Source of the DNA: Mesotaenium endlicherianum | Lineage: Eukaryota | Direction: 5' to 3' | Assembly (NCBI GenBank): GCA_009602735.1 | Contig: WELA01002297.1 | Coordinates: 153,861-187,515 of the forward strand | Length of the DNA stretch: 33,655 nt | In this document: positions 11,097-22,598 of the stretch, one piece after another | Layout: each line of letters starts with the position of its first letter | Position numbering within the stretch: the first letter of the stretch is position 1 | Translations under genes and position numbers: made by a program | Notes under the pieces: generated by a model | Databases searched by the model: none | Seen by the model: only the letters and a program-made list of their open reading frames with translations | Told to the model about the DNA's origin: nothing

Positions 11097-14000
11097 CACG
11101 TGCAAAGGTCAATCAACCATGTCTGCCACACGTGAGGAGGGCCACCAACACATCAACCAGGCCGAAGGCACGCGTGCTGGAAGGCTACGCACGTGCCAAG
11201 GGACCGACACTGTTAGGCACGACAACGTTTGTTTTGGGTTTGGCAGTTTTTCGTTAACAATGACTTATTCCGTTATTGAGACCTTTTTATGTTCCGCTCT
11301 AATTTGAATTCCAATATTTACTGGTTTACCCCCCACGAGAGAGCCTGTGCCAGATAAGAGACTTGAGACCACTTGAGACTATAGACACTTACCAGACCAG
11401 ACAGAGTACCGGATGGTACCAGAGACCAAGAAATGCTGTGAGTGCTCATGATATATGATGAGATACTAAGAGTGCAAAATAGACAGCTTGTGAGAAATGA
11501 ATAAGAACCATTCAACACTTGTGTAGAGCTAGTTAACACTTGTGTAAAGCGAGTGCTTCACATAGCAATTGAGTTATGTTTGTTTCGCATGTCATGCGAT
11601 TGCGGTCGCTACGGTTAAGCTTTTCAGAACGGTTCATGACGGCTGATTTCAATATCTGAAAACACAAGTTTTCTGAATGAATGTTAGAAACTAAGTCCTT
11701 TCAAAATACAGATTGCTTGCAAACTCAACCCAAACTCTTGATGGGACAGTTGCCTGCCCCTATGAACGGGGAGTAAGAGCTGTAAAATTTTGAAGGAGAA
11801 GAAGTCTATATTTTTTGAGCCTTAGTTCGACAACAATGATGCACCACTACCATAAGAAAAGTGATCATATAATTTCTCAAGCACATTGCTTACCCACACG
11901 CATGTGGATATCATCTTTTGCTTTGGGCAAAGTTTACTCCCAAACCAGTTGCAACCTCTCATGCCAGAAAACACAATGCAATAAATAAGACCTGCATGTA
12001 GTGCACACACGCATTTTAAACATGTCCTATAGTTTAGAAGTGGTATACACAAGCTCTTCTTTTTACCTACACAAGGTGCTCAAGGCTTCTCGTAGCCATA
12101 CCACTTTTTACGAGGAAATTCAGAAGGTTCCCGTGATACTAGGAGCCACATGCAAAAATTTCTCATTTTGCTCATAGACATTAAGATGGAGTTTCCATTG
12201 TAATGTTTGTTACGACATACATATACGTGTTTGCGCCTTGAAGGATTAGTAGTCAATTTTAACCAAGGCTTAGAGGATGCATGTATTTGCATTAATGGAA
12301 GAAGAGCAGATGGCCGTTTCTGTTGGAAAGTTGCACGAGCACATTCCCACGCGAGGGCAAAAAAAAGCCGTGAAAGAGTATTAGAACCACACCGCTAGTG
12401 AATAATAAGAGGGAGGAACATGAGGTACGCTATTCCTCGCAAAACATCTCGACTTCCTACGAAGAATCTTCAACACCCTCGCAGGGGCATTCATCTTTGA
12501 GAATACTTTGCAAACCTCTCACGACCCGTACACAAAAAATCAACGAGCTTGGCGACCCAGGTCACCAGATATCAAACATGTTGGTGAGGCTTTCGTGCAA
12601 TTTTAGGGGAAGCTGACTGCTCTTGAAGGTGGAAGCCCAAGATAGCAATATACATTCCAAGAGATCAAGCCGAGTGGCACATTGCTATGTTACCACCAGC
12701 TAGGTGTGATGGCCATGCGGGTAAAGTCCTTGCGTGTGGTTGGAAGACGTGCAAGATAGACTGAAGCTTGCCTCTAGAAGAAGCACTCATCTACATATGC
12801 TACTTAGTGATTCTCCTCATCCAGTACTCTTGACTCTCTCGCACTCAGAAACCTAAGCACAAAGAAAAAGTAAGCCCCCCATAGCTCACACATGCTAATG
12901 AATATGCGTGTCCACTCGCAAGGGGAGGAGGGCATGTGTAGAGCCGAGCAAGCTGAGGCAGCACCTTGTTCGTAGTATCCATGGCTGCCACGAAGCAAAT
13001 GGTGCTTCATACCTGCGGATGTGTGCACACTCGATGACATACAACACAAGAGGGAAGTAGAGTTTACACACTAAACCGCACTGCAGGAGCATCGCTCTCT
13101 CTCAGCAGCTCAAGCGACAAGCAGCAAGTGGAGCCACACTGATCGTCATTGTCAGAGCATTTTCCGACCCATCACCTAAGGCGCCACGTTTGGACAAGTG
13201 AGGGGTTAGGACACGCGCTCCCCAGACGGAGTGATCCGCAGCCACCTCCCGCCTTGGGCTTGTGGGTTGCCAAGAGACGTGCTCACATGCATGCCACCCG
13301 GCAAGCGCCGCATGGCGCTAGTCCCGCACATACATGGAGGCCATTGGACCAATAGCATGCTCCTCCGCTCTAGTACGGCCGACTCAGGACACTAGATTGG
13401 ACCAAGAGCCGCAAGAAAGGACGCACAGGGTCTACCGCCCTACCGCCCATCACATTCTCTGTATGGTCAAACTCGAAACCAATCGACCCCTACTCCTAAA
13501 CTTCCAACACTGGTCCGCATCCAGAGGCCTTGCCGGACCTCAAATCCATCTCAAATCCACCTCAAATCAATCTAAGCTCCAGTGCCGCTCATTGAAGAGA
13601 GCACCTTGACGCATCAACACGGGCGATGCCGGGGCTCACCCAGAAAACTCAACGGATCGCTTTCCAGATGAATCAGCACACATTTGGTGGGGAGGAGCCC
13701 AGCGAGGGCTTTTGCTCCCATCGGAACGGGCTCCTGGAGGGTGCGGGAGCGTACAAAGTACTGCAAGCAAGCACGCGCACATATGCTGATGTCACTATCT
13801 TGTGCCGCCAGCTGCTAGTTGGATACGGCAGTCTGGCTCAAAAGCAACAGCCGAGGACAAGGAGCGTTGGAGGTGCGGGACATTGGATAAATGTCGGACA
13901 TTGTCAGGACAACGAGGTGTGACGCGAGAGCACAAGCATCCATCATACAGCAGGCCAAAAGGAGCAGGCAATGCATACGTGAGAAAGTCCAGCAAGTGAC

Positions 14001-14405
14001 GGGCGTCTGCAAGCGCAAGCCGCGAAAAGGTTACAAGGAAAACGTGGCGGAAGCATCGATCGGAGGGCCTCCCCAGCCTCTATTTCAAACTCCCTCCACA
14101 CGCAATCGTTCTCTCTTCCTCCCACTTTCCCTCCTGCCGCCACCCCCGAGCATCCTCTCCCAGGCTCTCTCGCCCACCCCCCGCCCCTCCCTCCCTCCCT
14201 CCCACGCCCCCTTTCGCCCTTCCGCCAGCCAGCCCGCTTGCACGCCTGCTCTCCCCTCCCGCTCCCCCTTTTACCCTTTTTCCCTCTCCCGTGGGCCCCC
14301 TTCTCCATCTTCTCCATTCCACGTGTGTGTGTGTGCGTATGAAATCGAGACAGTGGGCCGCACCTCGTTTGCAAAAAAGTGGGTGCCCTGCAGCGGGAAT
14401 CTCAC

Positions 14406-16872
14406 GCGCAAGAGCAGAACAGCCTTCAACCGAGCAAGGCAGGCAGGCAGGCACCTCACAATGAAGCTAAAACATCAAAAAGGGACACGCAGGAAAGGAA
14501 GGCATGGGGTGATAAAGGGAGGCCGATGGAACGGAGCCGTGCCTTGTCAACTACAGTCACAACCACGAGGACAACATGATGCAACAGGGACCTGACGCCG
14601 AAACTCTTCAACGCAGATCTGGGCCCCTACCACCTGGCCGGCCCCTGAACAGAAGCTCACCCGGACGCGGCCTGCCAGCACGAGGTGCTGGCCGCGGCGC
14701 CGCAGCACGGCCTCCAGCCGTTGCCCTCGTCCGCCGCCACTGCACCGCATCCTCCTCCTCCTGCTGCTGCTCCTGCTCCTGCTGCTGCTCTTCCTCCTCC
14801 TTCTCCTCCTGCTGCTCCTCCGCCTGCTCCTCCTGCTTCTCCTGCTCCTGCTGCTCCTGCTGCTGCTGCTGCGCCAGTTCCAAGAGATCATGAATCTCCT
14901 CAATCGTATCTTCAAACTTCTGCTCCTGCGCCTGCGGCTGCTGCGGCGCTGTGCCCAAGGGAGGCCCAGGTGGCCCCGCAAGGGGCCTCTACTCCTTCTT
15001 GGCACCACCGGTTCGCTAACCGTCCGGCGTGGTTGCTGGCGCGGCCGCCACGCTGGCTCCTGCTGTAGCGCTTTCTCTCTCTGTCTTCTCTCCCTTCTGC
15101 TTCTGCGCGGCTTTCTCCAGCTGCGTCTCCTCGCCTCCTTTGGCCCCCCACTCCACCTTGACCTCGACCTTGGCAGTGCCAGCGCTAGCCCCAGGCTCAC
15201 TCTGACATTGAGTCTGCCGGTCCTGGGGGGTGGGGGGTGGGGGTTGGGCTTTGGGCTTGGACGTAGGCCCCTCCTCTTCCATCTGCAGCGCCAGCCCCGC
15301 CTGGAGCGCCGCCTCAGCCTCAGCCTCAGCTTCAGCCTTTGCAACACCCAGAAGAGAAGAGCAGCAGGAGGAGAAGCCGCCAGTACACACGCCCCCTCAG
15401 CCTCAGCCTTCGGAGGAAGAGGTGCAGGAAGCGCCAGCACAGCCGGGCTAGCTATGACACCAGAAGAAGCAGCAGTAGTGTAGTGCCTGTGCATGTGGCT
15501 GCCCCCAAGTCGGAAACCAATGAGCGGGAGTATGCGGCTGCGGCACCGATGACGGAGAAGACGAAGAAGACAATGGCAGACTGTCGTTTTCGTTGCGCCG
15601 CGTGCTAGCGGCAGCCGCAGCGGCAAGAGCATCTTGGANGCGCAAGAGCAGAACAGCCTTCAACCGAGCAAGGCAGGCAGGCAGGCACCTCACAATGAAG
15701 CTAAAACATCAAAAAGGGACACGCAGGAAAGGAAGGCATGGGGTGATAAAGGGAGGCCGATGGAACGGAGCCGTGCCTTGTCAACTACAGTCACAACCAC
15801 GAGGACAACATGATGCAACAGGGACCTGACGCCGAAACTCTTCAACGCAGATCTGGGCCCCTACCACCTGGCCGGCCCCTGAACAGAAGCTCACCCGGAC
15901 GCGGCCTGCCAGCACGAGGTGCTGGCCGCGGCGCCGCAGCACGGCCTCCAGCCGTTGCCCTCGTCCGCCGCCACTGCACCGCATCCTCCTCCTCCTGCTG
16001 CTGCTCCTGCTCCTGCTGCTGCTCTTCCTCCTCCTTCTCCTCCTGCTGCTCCTCCGCCTGCTCCTCCTGCTTCTCCTGCTCCTGCTGCTCCTGCTGCTGC
16101 TGCTGCGCCAGTTCCAAGAGATCATGAATCTCCTCAATCGTATCTTCAAACTTCTGCTCCTGCGCCTGCGGCTGCTGCGGCGCTGTGCCCAAGGGAGGCC
16201 CAGGTGGCCCCGCAAGGGGCCTCTACTCCTTCTTGGCACCACCGGTTCGCTAACCGTCCGGCGTGGTTGCTGGCGCGGCCGCCACGCTGGCTCCTGCTGT
16301 AGCGCTTTCTCTCTCTGTCTTCTCTCCCTTCTGCTTCTGCGCGGCTTTCTCCAGCTGCGTCTCCTCGCCTCCTTTGGCCCCCCACTCCACCTTGACCTCG
16401 ACCTTGGCAGTGCCAGCGCTAGCCCCAGGCTCACTCTGACATTGAGTCTGCCGGTCCTGGGGGGTGGGGGGTGGGGGTTGGGCTTTGGGCTTGGACGTAG
16501 GCCCCTCCTCTTCCATCTGCAGCGCCAGCCCCGCCTGGAGCGCCGCCTCAGCCTCAGCCTCAGCTTCAGCCTTTGCAACACCCAGAAGAGAAGAGCAGCA
16601 GGAGGAGAAGCCGCCAGTACACACGCCCCCTCAGCCTCAGCCTTCGGAGGAAGAGGTGCAGGAAGCGCCAGCACAGCCGGGCTAGCTATGACACCAGAAG
16701 AAGCAGCAGTAGTGTAGTGCCTGTGCATGTGGCTGCCCCCAAGTCGGAAACCAATGAGCGGGAGTATGCGGCTGCGGCACCGATGACGGAGAAGACGAAG
16801 AAGACAATGGCAGACTGTCGTTTTCGTTGCGCCGCGTGCTAGCGGCAGCCGCAGCGGCAAGAGCATCTTGGA
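14406..16872. repeat. 1233-bp direct duplication (14406-15638 / 15640-16872) separated by a single N; probable unmerged assembly overlap
   Basis: The ORF tracks repeat identically at an offset of 1234, no differences were seen on reading, and the junction base 15639 is N. Confidence 0.9.
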
Positions 16873-17140
16873 GTACTCCGACGAGAACGGCTCCCAGCAT
16901 GGCCGGCGCACCCCTGACCATTCCCTTCTTCTTCTCGGCCATCAGGCTCGCAGCTGCATACTCCCGCTCGTTGGTTTCCGACTTGCGGGCAGCCACACGC
17001 ACGTTCTCACAGAGCTTTGCCTCAGGCGCCTGCTGTCGCCGCCGCCGCCGCTGCTGCTGCTTGGCCAGCAGCGACGTCCTCACGCCTCGAGACGGGGGGA
17101 GTGAAGTCCCGGAGGAGGTCTGCCACACCAGCCTGTCCAT
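15842..17140 (-). pseudogene. Decayed Q/E/A-rich reading frame of unknown family, containing an inverted segment
   Basis: ORFs 16682-17140, 16250-16624 and 15842-16192 share one frame, interrupted by 5 stops. Protein-like stretches include KFEDTIEEIHDLLELAQQQQQEQQE and AEAEAEAALQAGLALQMEEE. No family recognised. Confidence 0.35.
16723..17002. repeat. Inverted repeat: 54-bp core arms (16723-16776 / 16949-17002, 50/54 identity) extending imperfectly inward to ~16810 / ~16918
   Basis: gtgcatgtggctgcccccaagtcggaaaccaatgagcgggagtatgcggctgcg versus the reverse complement of the right arm, gtgcgtgtggctgcccgcaagtcggaaaccaacgagcgggagtatgcagctgcg. Confidence 0.9.
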
Positions 17141-17881
17141 GCCCGTGCAGAGGGCACACTTGTTGAAAGGGCGTGGCAGGGGGGCTGGACTGCCGAACCA
17201 ACCCTATCAGCAGACGAGTGCACACATCCTGTCTCACTGGCGAGAGGGCGTGTGGGCGGGCGGCTGTGGGCCTGCATGCTCTAGATGTCCCCCCCTCCCG
17301 TGCCCCCACCACCCTCCCACCTCCTCTTTCGTCCCCCCTCCCTTTCCTTGCACCTCCTCCTGCATGGAGACTTCAGAGTCTAGACCGTTGGTAGGTCGGT
17401 CTGGCCTCCCTAGAGATGGAAAGCTTCAACAAGTGCTGGCGAGCATGCTCGCCAGAAGTACGTGCCCATTCTACCCCTCAGCGCACCTGAGATTCCTACA
17501 CCAGTACGTTCCTCGTTCATACAAACCATGGAGATTTTGTTGGAAGAAGCGCACAATAAAGCAGCATCTAAGCCGTGGGATGCGATCTCTGGCCGCCCTC
17601 GGAGTGCTCCACAGGACTCTGCAGCCACAGCCCCGGGGGCTGACAGCGCGCGCATTACAACATCGACTGCTTTCAGATGCTACCATCACGGCACTACACC
17701 GATGCAATGCCACGGACACGAGCACATGCGCTACACACACGACTCCACGCCCTGGGATACCTCCTTGAATATCATTTGCACACGAAAGAAAGAAGTTGCC
17801 GACCGTGGCGAGACAAGCTGAGACATCATCCTGGGCAAGTAAGTGGGCCGTGGCCAGGGAGCAGACAGCTGGCACACGGGA

Positions 17882-18240
17882 GGGGAGTCCCGACATCTCC
17901 AGTGGGAGCACCACGGCCCCCCTTCTCTCCCTCCCTCCTCTGCTCGCCAGGTGGAAGCACCAGGCGGAGGAAGGCAGGGGAGTCCCGACATCTCCAGTGG
18001 GAGCACCACGGCCCCCCTTCTCTCCCTCCCTCCTCTGCTCGCCAGGTGGAAGCACCAGGCGGAGGAAGGCAGGGGAGTCCCGACATCTCCAGTGGGAGCA
18101 CCACGGCCCCCCTTCTCTCCCTCCCTCCTCTGCTCGCCAGGTGGAAGCACCAGGCGGAGGAAGGCAGGGGAGTCCCGACATCTCCAGTGGGAGCACCACG
18201 GCCCCCCCCTCCCTCCCTCCTCAGCTCGCAAGGTGGAAGC
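17882..18240. repeat. 95-bp minisatellite, 3 identical units plus a diverged partial fourth
   Basis: The unit ggggagtcccgacatctccagtgggagcaccacgg...gtggaagcaccaggcggaggaaggca starts at 17882, 17977, 18072 and 18167. Confidence 0.95.
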
Positions 18241-19289
18241 TGGCGCCCACCTGCTCTGGCAGCCGGTGCTGTTTTGAGTGAGCATGGATGCCACCAGGTG
18301 CTGCACAGTAGACGCCGCCCATTTCCGGCCAGAGCGCAGCTCGCCTGTACGCACGCATGCCACATAGCACCATCCCAAGAGGCTCAGGGCCGGCCGGCCG
18401 CTGGATCGTCCAATTGCTCAAAGTTCCCGACATAATAATTAGAGATAAGAAGAGATTAGTAAATTGACCGATGAAGTCATGTTACGCAAACAGGTGTGTG
18501 TAACAGTCCATGTTTAAGTAAGCAGACAGGTGCTTACATCATATGTTGACATATGCATCCGGATATTTTTGTAAGCACGTGTACATATGCTCAAATTGAC
18601 GTATCCAAGTCTTCCGTCGCCAAGGAGTTCCCCCTAGGCACTCAGCCCGTCCACAGGATCAACAAATATGAACAATACATACCTAGGAACTATATGCAGG
18701 CAATAGAAGTGTGTACATGAGCATGATGACGGGCACACACAGCAGAGAGACCATGAGCTCAGAGAGATGACGGCTGTGAGTCGGACCCCAAGTACGTGAC
18801 ACAACACTTACACCCTCAAGGATCTGGCACATCAAGGAGTCGAGCACCGGTAGATCTGAGAAAAGCTTGCATGCAAAGGACAGAGGAGGCCCGCGCAAGC
18901 AATGAAGGGACAAATGAAAGCAGGCAATGCGTCCTATTTGAACGGCACGGGAGGAGCCCATGCTCGCCTGCACCGCCATATTAGCCTTTACCTCGGATCT
19001 TGTGGCTGCAAGCGCAAGCGCTTGCAAGCTCACGTGTGTGCGTTACTTTAAGACGGATTCTCAGCCAGCAGGCTGCGCCAGGTCACCATACCAGCGCGCG
19101 GATCGCAGGGCGGATGGGCACTGATGTGGACCAGGTCATTATAATTATTATCATCACCAGCAGCAGCGAGTCTACAGGCGCCCTAGCTCCCGCAGAGGAA
19201 CATAAAGCTTTCCAGTCAATCTCCAGCTTCCCAAGATAGGGGAGAGAACGCATGTGTGCGTGCGAAACGCCCGCGTGCATGCTTGCGTA

Positions 19290-19531
19290 CCGTTGAAGCC
19301 CAATGACTGCGCGAGGAAGACCTTCAAGCCCTGCTCAAGGAGGGAGTCATTCAGCGGCAGCTGCACCACGGGGTGACACGCCAGAGCTCTAGAGGCACAG
19401 AAAGCTGCAAGCCTCTCGCTGGTCTCGGAGGAGGCGGAGGCGCGCAGTAGCTCCTGAGACGTGACACCTGGCATCTCTCTTTGGTTCCGCTCGCGGCCTT
19501 CTGCAAGTAGGTCCAGCAAGCAATGGACTGC
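19290..19531 (-). pseudogene. Isolated exon-like segment of an unidentified, probably decayed gene
   Basis: An open frame AVHCLLDLLAEGRERNQREMPGVTSQELLRASASSETSERLAAFCASRALACHPVVQLPLNDSLLEQGLKVFLAQSLGFN is bounded by acgcag| and |gtacgc. I could not join it in phase to neighbouring exons. Confidence 0.3.
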
Positions 19532-20119
19532 TCTGCGTATCAGCAGCCAGGTCAGAGCACTGTCCAGTCAGATTTTAGAACACGATTATAGGTAGGAAAG
19601 AGAATCACAATTTGCAGCGAGCATGCGGCTGCGACCATCCTGCACGTAGGCGTACACAATAGCCAGAAACTCTTTCAGCCTCCAATTAGCTGCAACCAGG
19701 AGGGAGATCCATCCAAGCCCAGCAGAAGAAGAGCACAGGGCCCCGATGACTTACTGATATAAGTGCCTGGGCTGGCAGCTGCAGGGCCGGCAGCTGCAGG
19801 ACCAGAGAAGAGGAGAAGGGTGGATGGAAGTACTCGGCACTCAAAGTTAGTAGGATATTGGCATGATGAGAACGTGCTAAAGGGCATTGTCATAATACGA
19901 TGATAAATACGTGGTCTGATGTCTATGAAGGAGTAAATTTTGACGCGTTGAGAAAGAAACATAAGAGCCTGTAGCTTTCTTCCTGCCTGGGGTGCAATTG
20001 CATGTCCATGATGCTAACAATACCTCAAGCTCCGGTGGTGGCAGCATGGTGGCAGCAGAATAGGAACCTCCAGCTATGGTGTTGAAATGTTACACCAAGT
20101 TGGCAACAAAGGGGCTGTA

Positions 20120-20487
20120 GAGGGGGGGGAAATCGACCTCCATTAAGGACGTTGAAAATCACTTGCTTGCTTTGGCCGGCGTGGCTCGCTTGCTTTACTC
20201 GGCTACTACCGATTGTCGAGTTACTTTTTTGGTCTTAGGCACGGATGCAATGTTCTCGGATCCGAGTTCTCAGATCTGAGAACTCGGATCCGAGAACATT
20301 GCATCCGTGCCTGAGACCAAAAAAGTAAGTCTCTTCTCGACAAAGCCGAGAACATTGAATATTTGCCTAAGAGAAAAAAATAAGTCACTTTCTGCTTGCC
20401 GAGTGAAGCAAGCGAGCCACGCCGGCGAAAGCAAGCAAGTGATCGAGTTGCAATGTCCTCTATGGACGTCACTTTCCCCCCCCCCTC
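20120..20487. mobile_element. Foldback MITE-like element with ~90-bp imperfect terminal inverted repeats (TIRs), flanked by TA, with a 108-bp central palindrome
   Basis: Left TA|GAGGGGGGGGAAA...atcacttgcttgctttggccggcgtggctcgcttgctttactcggc pairs with right gccgagtgaagcaagcgagccacgccggcgaaagcaagcaagtgat...TTTCCCCCCCCCCTC|TA. The interior 20221-20328 is a loopless palindrome centred on AGATCT with one mismatch. Confidence 0.75.
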
Positions 20488-21829
20488 TACCCCCTCTTAG
20501 AACCATCAAACTGGTGCAGCCACGGAACTGCTTGATTAAGATGTTGCCTCTGTTGTGTAGGAGGTGCTGAGCTTGACTAGTCCTGGCAATGTAAGCAGCT
20601 CCTTGAGCTCCATCGACCACCTCAAACTTTCTTTCTTTAAACTGCATTTGACCTGCACAGATCAACATACTTTTCTCAGCAACTAAGCAGTATGTAACTA
20701 TTCAACACCATATTAATCACAATATAGAAGGCGTCTTGCACGCCCCGGACGACACGAACAGCAATTGCCCTCGCCTACAACACAAGGAACCAATAGCTAG
20801 CATACAACGCTCTCCACGTAGGCCAGTTCACACTACAAAAACCCCTGCTATGTTTGCAACACATTCGGTTGGCAGCCGGCTATCGACAGCAGCAATTAAG
20901 CACAGGTTGTCTCCAGCTGACACAGCACCAGCTTGCTTTAGTCGACGGAGCTGACAGCTTGCTTATGCACGCCACTAACAGCACCTCACACCCACTGCTA
21001 CAGTCGAGAACATGCATCTCACAGCCAGCTGTGGTCAAGAGCATTATCAGGCTAGCGGTACACTGTTTGCCCACCAGCTGTCATCAACAACGCCCACCAA
21101 CGCTCATTGCTACTAGCTACTATAGTGCCCACTTCTCAATTGCGTTGAGTGCATCGCGAGGCAAGCGTACAAGGTGGTAACATTCCACGCGGAGCAAGCT
21201 CTAGACGCGAGCCCATAGTGTTAATTCTCAGAAGCATACTTGAGCTACGACACCCGCGCAACTTATATGTGCATGTTATGTGCGCGTTATAACCTGGGAT
21301 GCTACAGAACCAACTGAAAATGGCCCTTAAAGAATATACACGAGGTCTGAGGAGCTTCTGTTAAAACGACTCGTATCCCCCGTCAGCATGCAGCTTTTCC
21401 TTGCTATATATAGACAGAAAATTGAACCCGAGGGAGAATATAAGCAAAGCCTTAAAAATGAGAGAGATTGCGGGCAAGGGGAAGACAGATGAGACACACC
21501 TTTTACTCCAGCTGCGGAGAAATGACAGAAGTATATCACGTGTTCCTTACATGCCATACAGGCTTCACTATATCGACTCGATTTTGAGGGAAGTCAAAAT
21601 TGGGAGCAGCATGCACAGCTCCTTGTATGAGCATGCAGATTCACTTCAGGTGGGCAGACGCTATATGAATTCCGTTACTACGGGGTCGGGAATTAAGGGG
21701 AAACAAAGGGGCTCAATGCTCAACTTTGTGCTTCCCCGGGCCGGGCTCGCAGTGCTATATTTCCACCCAGAGGCACAATTGTAATTGTGATCTCTGTTCA
21801 TGCAGCAGCTTTTCAGTGTGTTTGCTACA

Positions 21830-21881
21830 CTGCTCCAGAGCTGCTCCAGAGCTGCTCCAGAGCACTCCATAGTGCTCCAGA
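21830..21881. repeat. 11-bp tandem repeat CTGCTCCAGAG (3 perfect plus 2 degenerate copies)
   Basis: ctgctccagag ctgctccagag ctgctccagag cactccatag tgctccagag. Confidence 0.85.
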
Positions 21882-22598
21882 GTCCAGCCCCCTCACGCTT
21901 ACTTGACACGTGAATGTCTGAAGGATCTTAAAAGCCGCGACTGTCGGTGACTCACGAGTCACGAGCGTGACCTCGCTTGCACCGGCTTGCATGGAGCTTG
22001 CACGGGGTGGACTGGTCGTCGCAAGATGCATGCTGAGGCAGAAGCTTCAAGGGGGGCCCTGACGGCCACTTTCGATTGCTTCCGACGAGGCAATCATATC
22101 ACAATGCACATTCGTGCCTCCATTTCTTTCCCCATACCTTTGGTGACCTCTGCTCTGGCCCTCGTGTCTGGACTTTGCATGCGTCTGCATACCTCACAGC
22201 TGTTTCGTCATCAGGATAGGCGCTTTGGCAGCTGACCTGCTTGTGCAAGCTACTTTGCTAACGACTCATTAATGCACATGAACTGGACGAAATAGAACCG
22301 CATTTCATCTTCCATGTGTTCGGCCGCTGATATCTGGTAGAGCTCGAGTCCTCTTGTATGCGATAGGCGTAGGGAGTCTATATCAGCTAATATGTCGGGG
22401 CGAAAAGTGGAGCCTGCATTTATCGAGCTCTCATTTGATACTAATGATTCGTTAATCGATGAAAAAAAGGTACCCTGACCCTTCCGAGCACACGCCTTCG
22501 CCTAAGACGGCAGACTTCAGATCCTTCAACCCATCTTCTGCTCGCAACAATGTGTTATTTCGACAAAGGAACCGAAATGGTCGATATATGTTGCGCTG

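Noticed and set aside
12550..12562. TGGCGACCCAGG as a retrotransposon primer-binding site
   Set aside because: Not preceded by a recognisable LTR ending in CA, and no gag/pol remnants follow.
13303..13375. Hairpin agcgcc-gcat-ggcgct next to CTAGT as a Helitron end
   Set aside because: The hairpin overlaps the CTAG with no spacer, and no matching 5' end was identified.
14547..16911. Long 361-aa and 376-aa Arg/Ser-rich ORFs
   Set aside because: They are off-frame readings of GC-rich CAG/GAG low-complexity sequence, doubled by the probable assembly duplication.
17882..18240. CRISPR-like array
   Set aside because: The units are contiguous identical 95-mers with no unique spacers, the context is eukaryotic and there are no cas genes.
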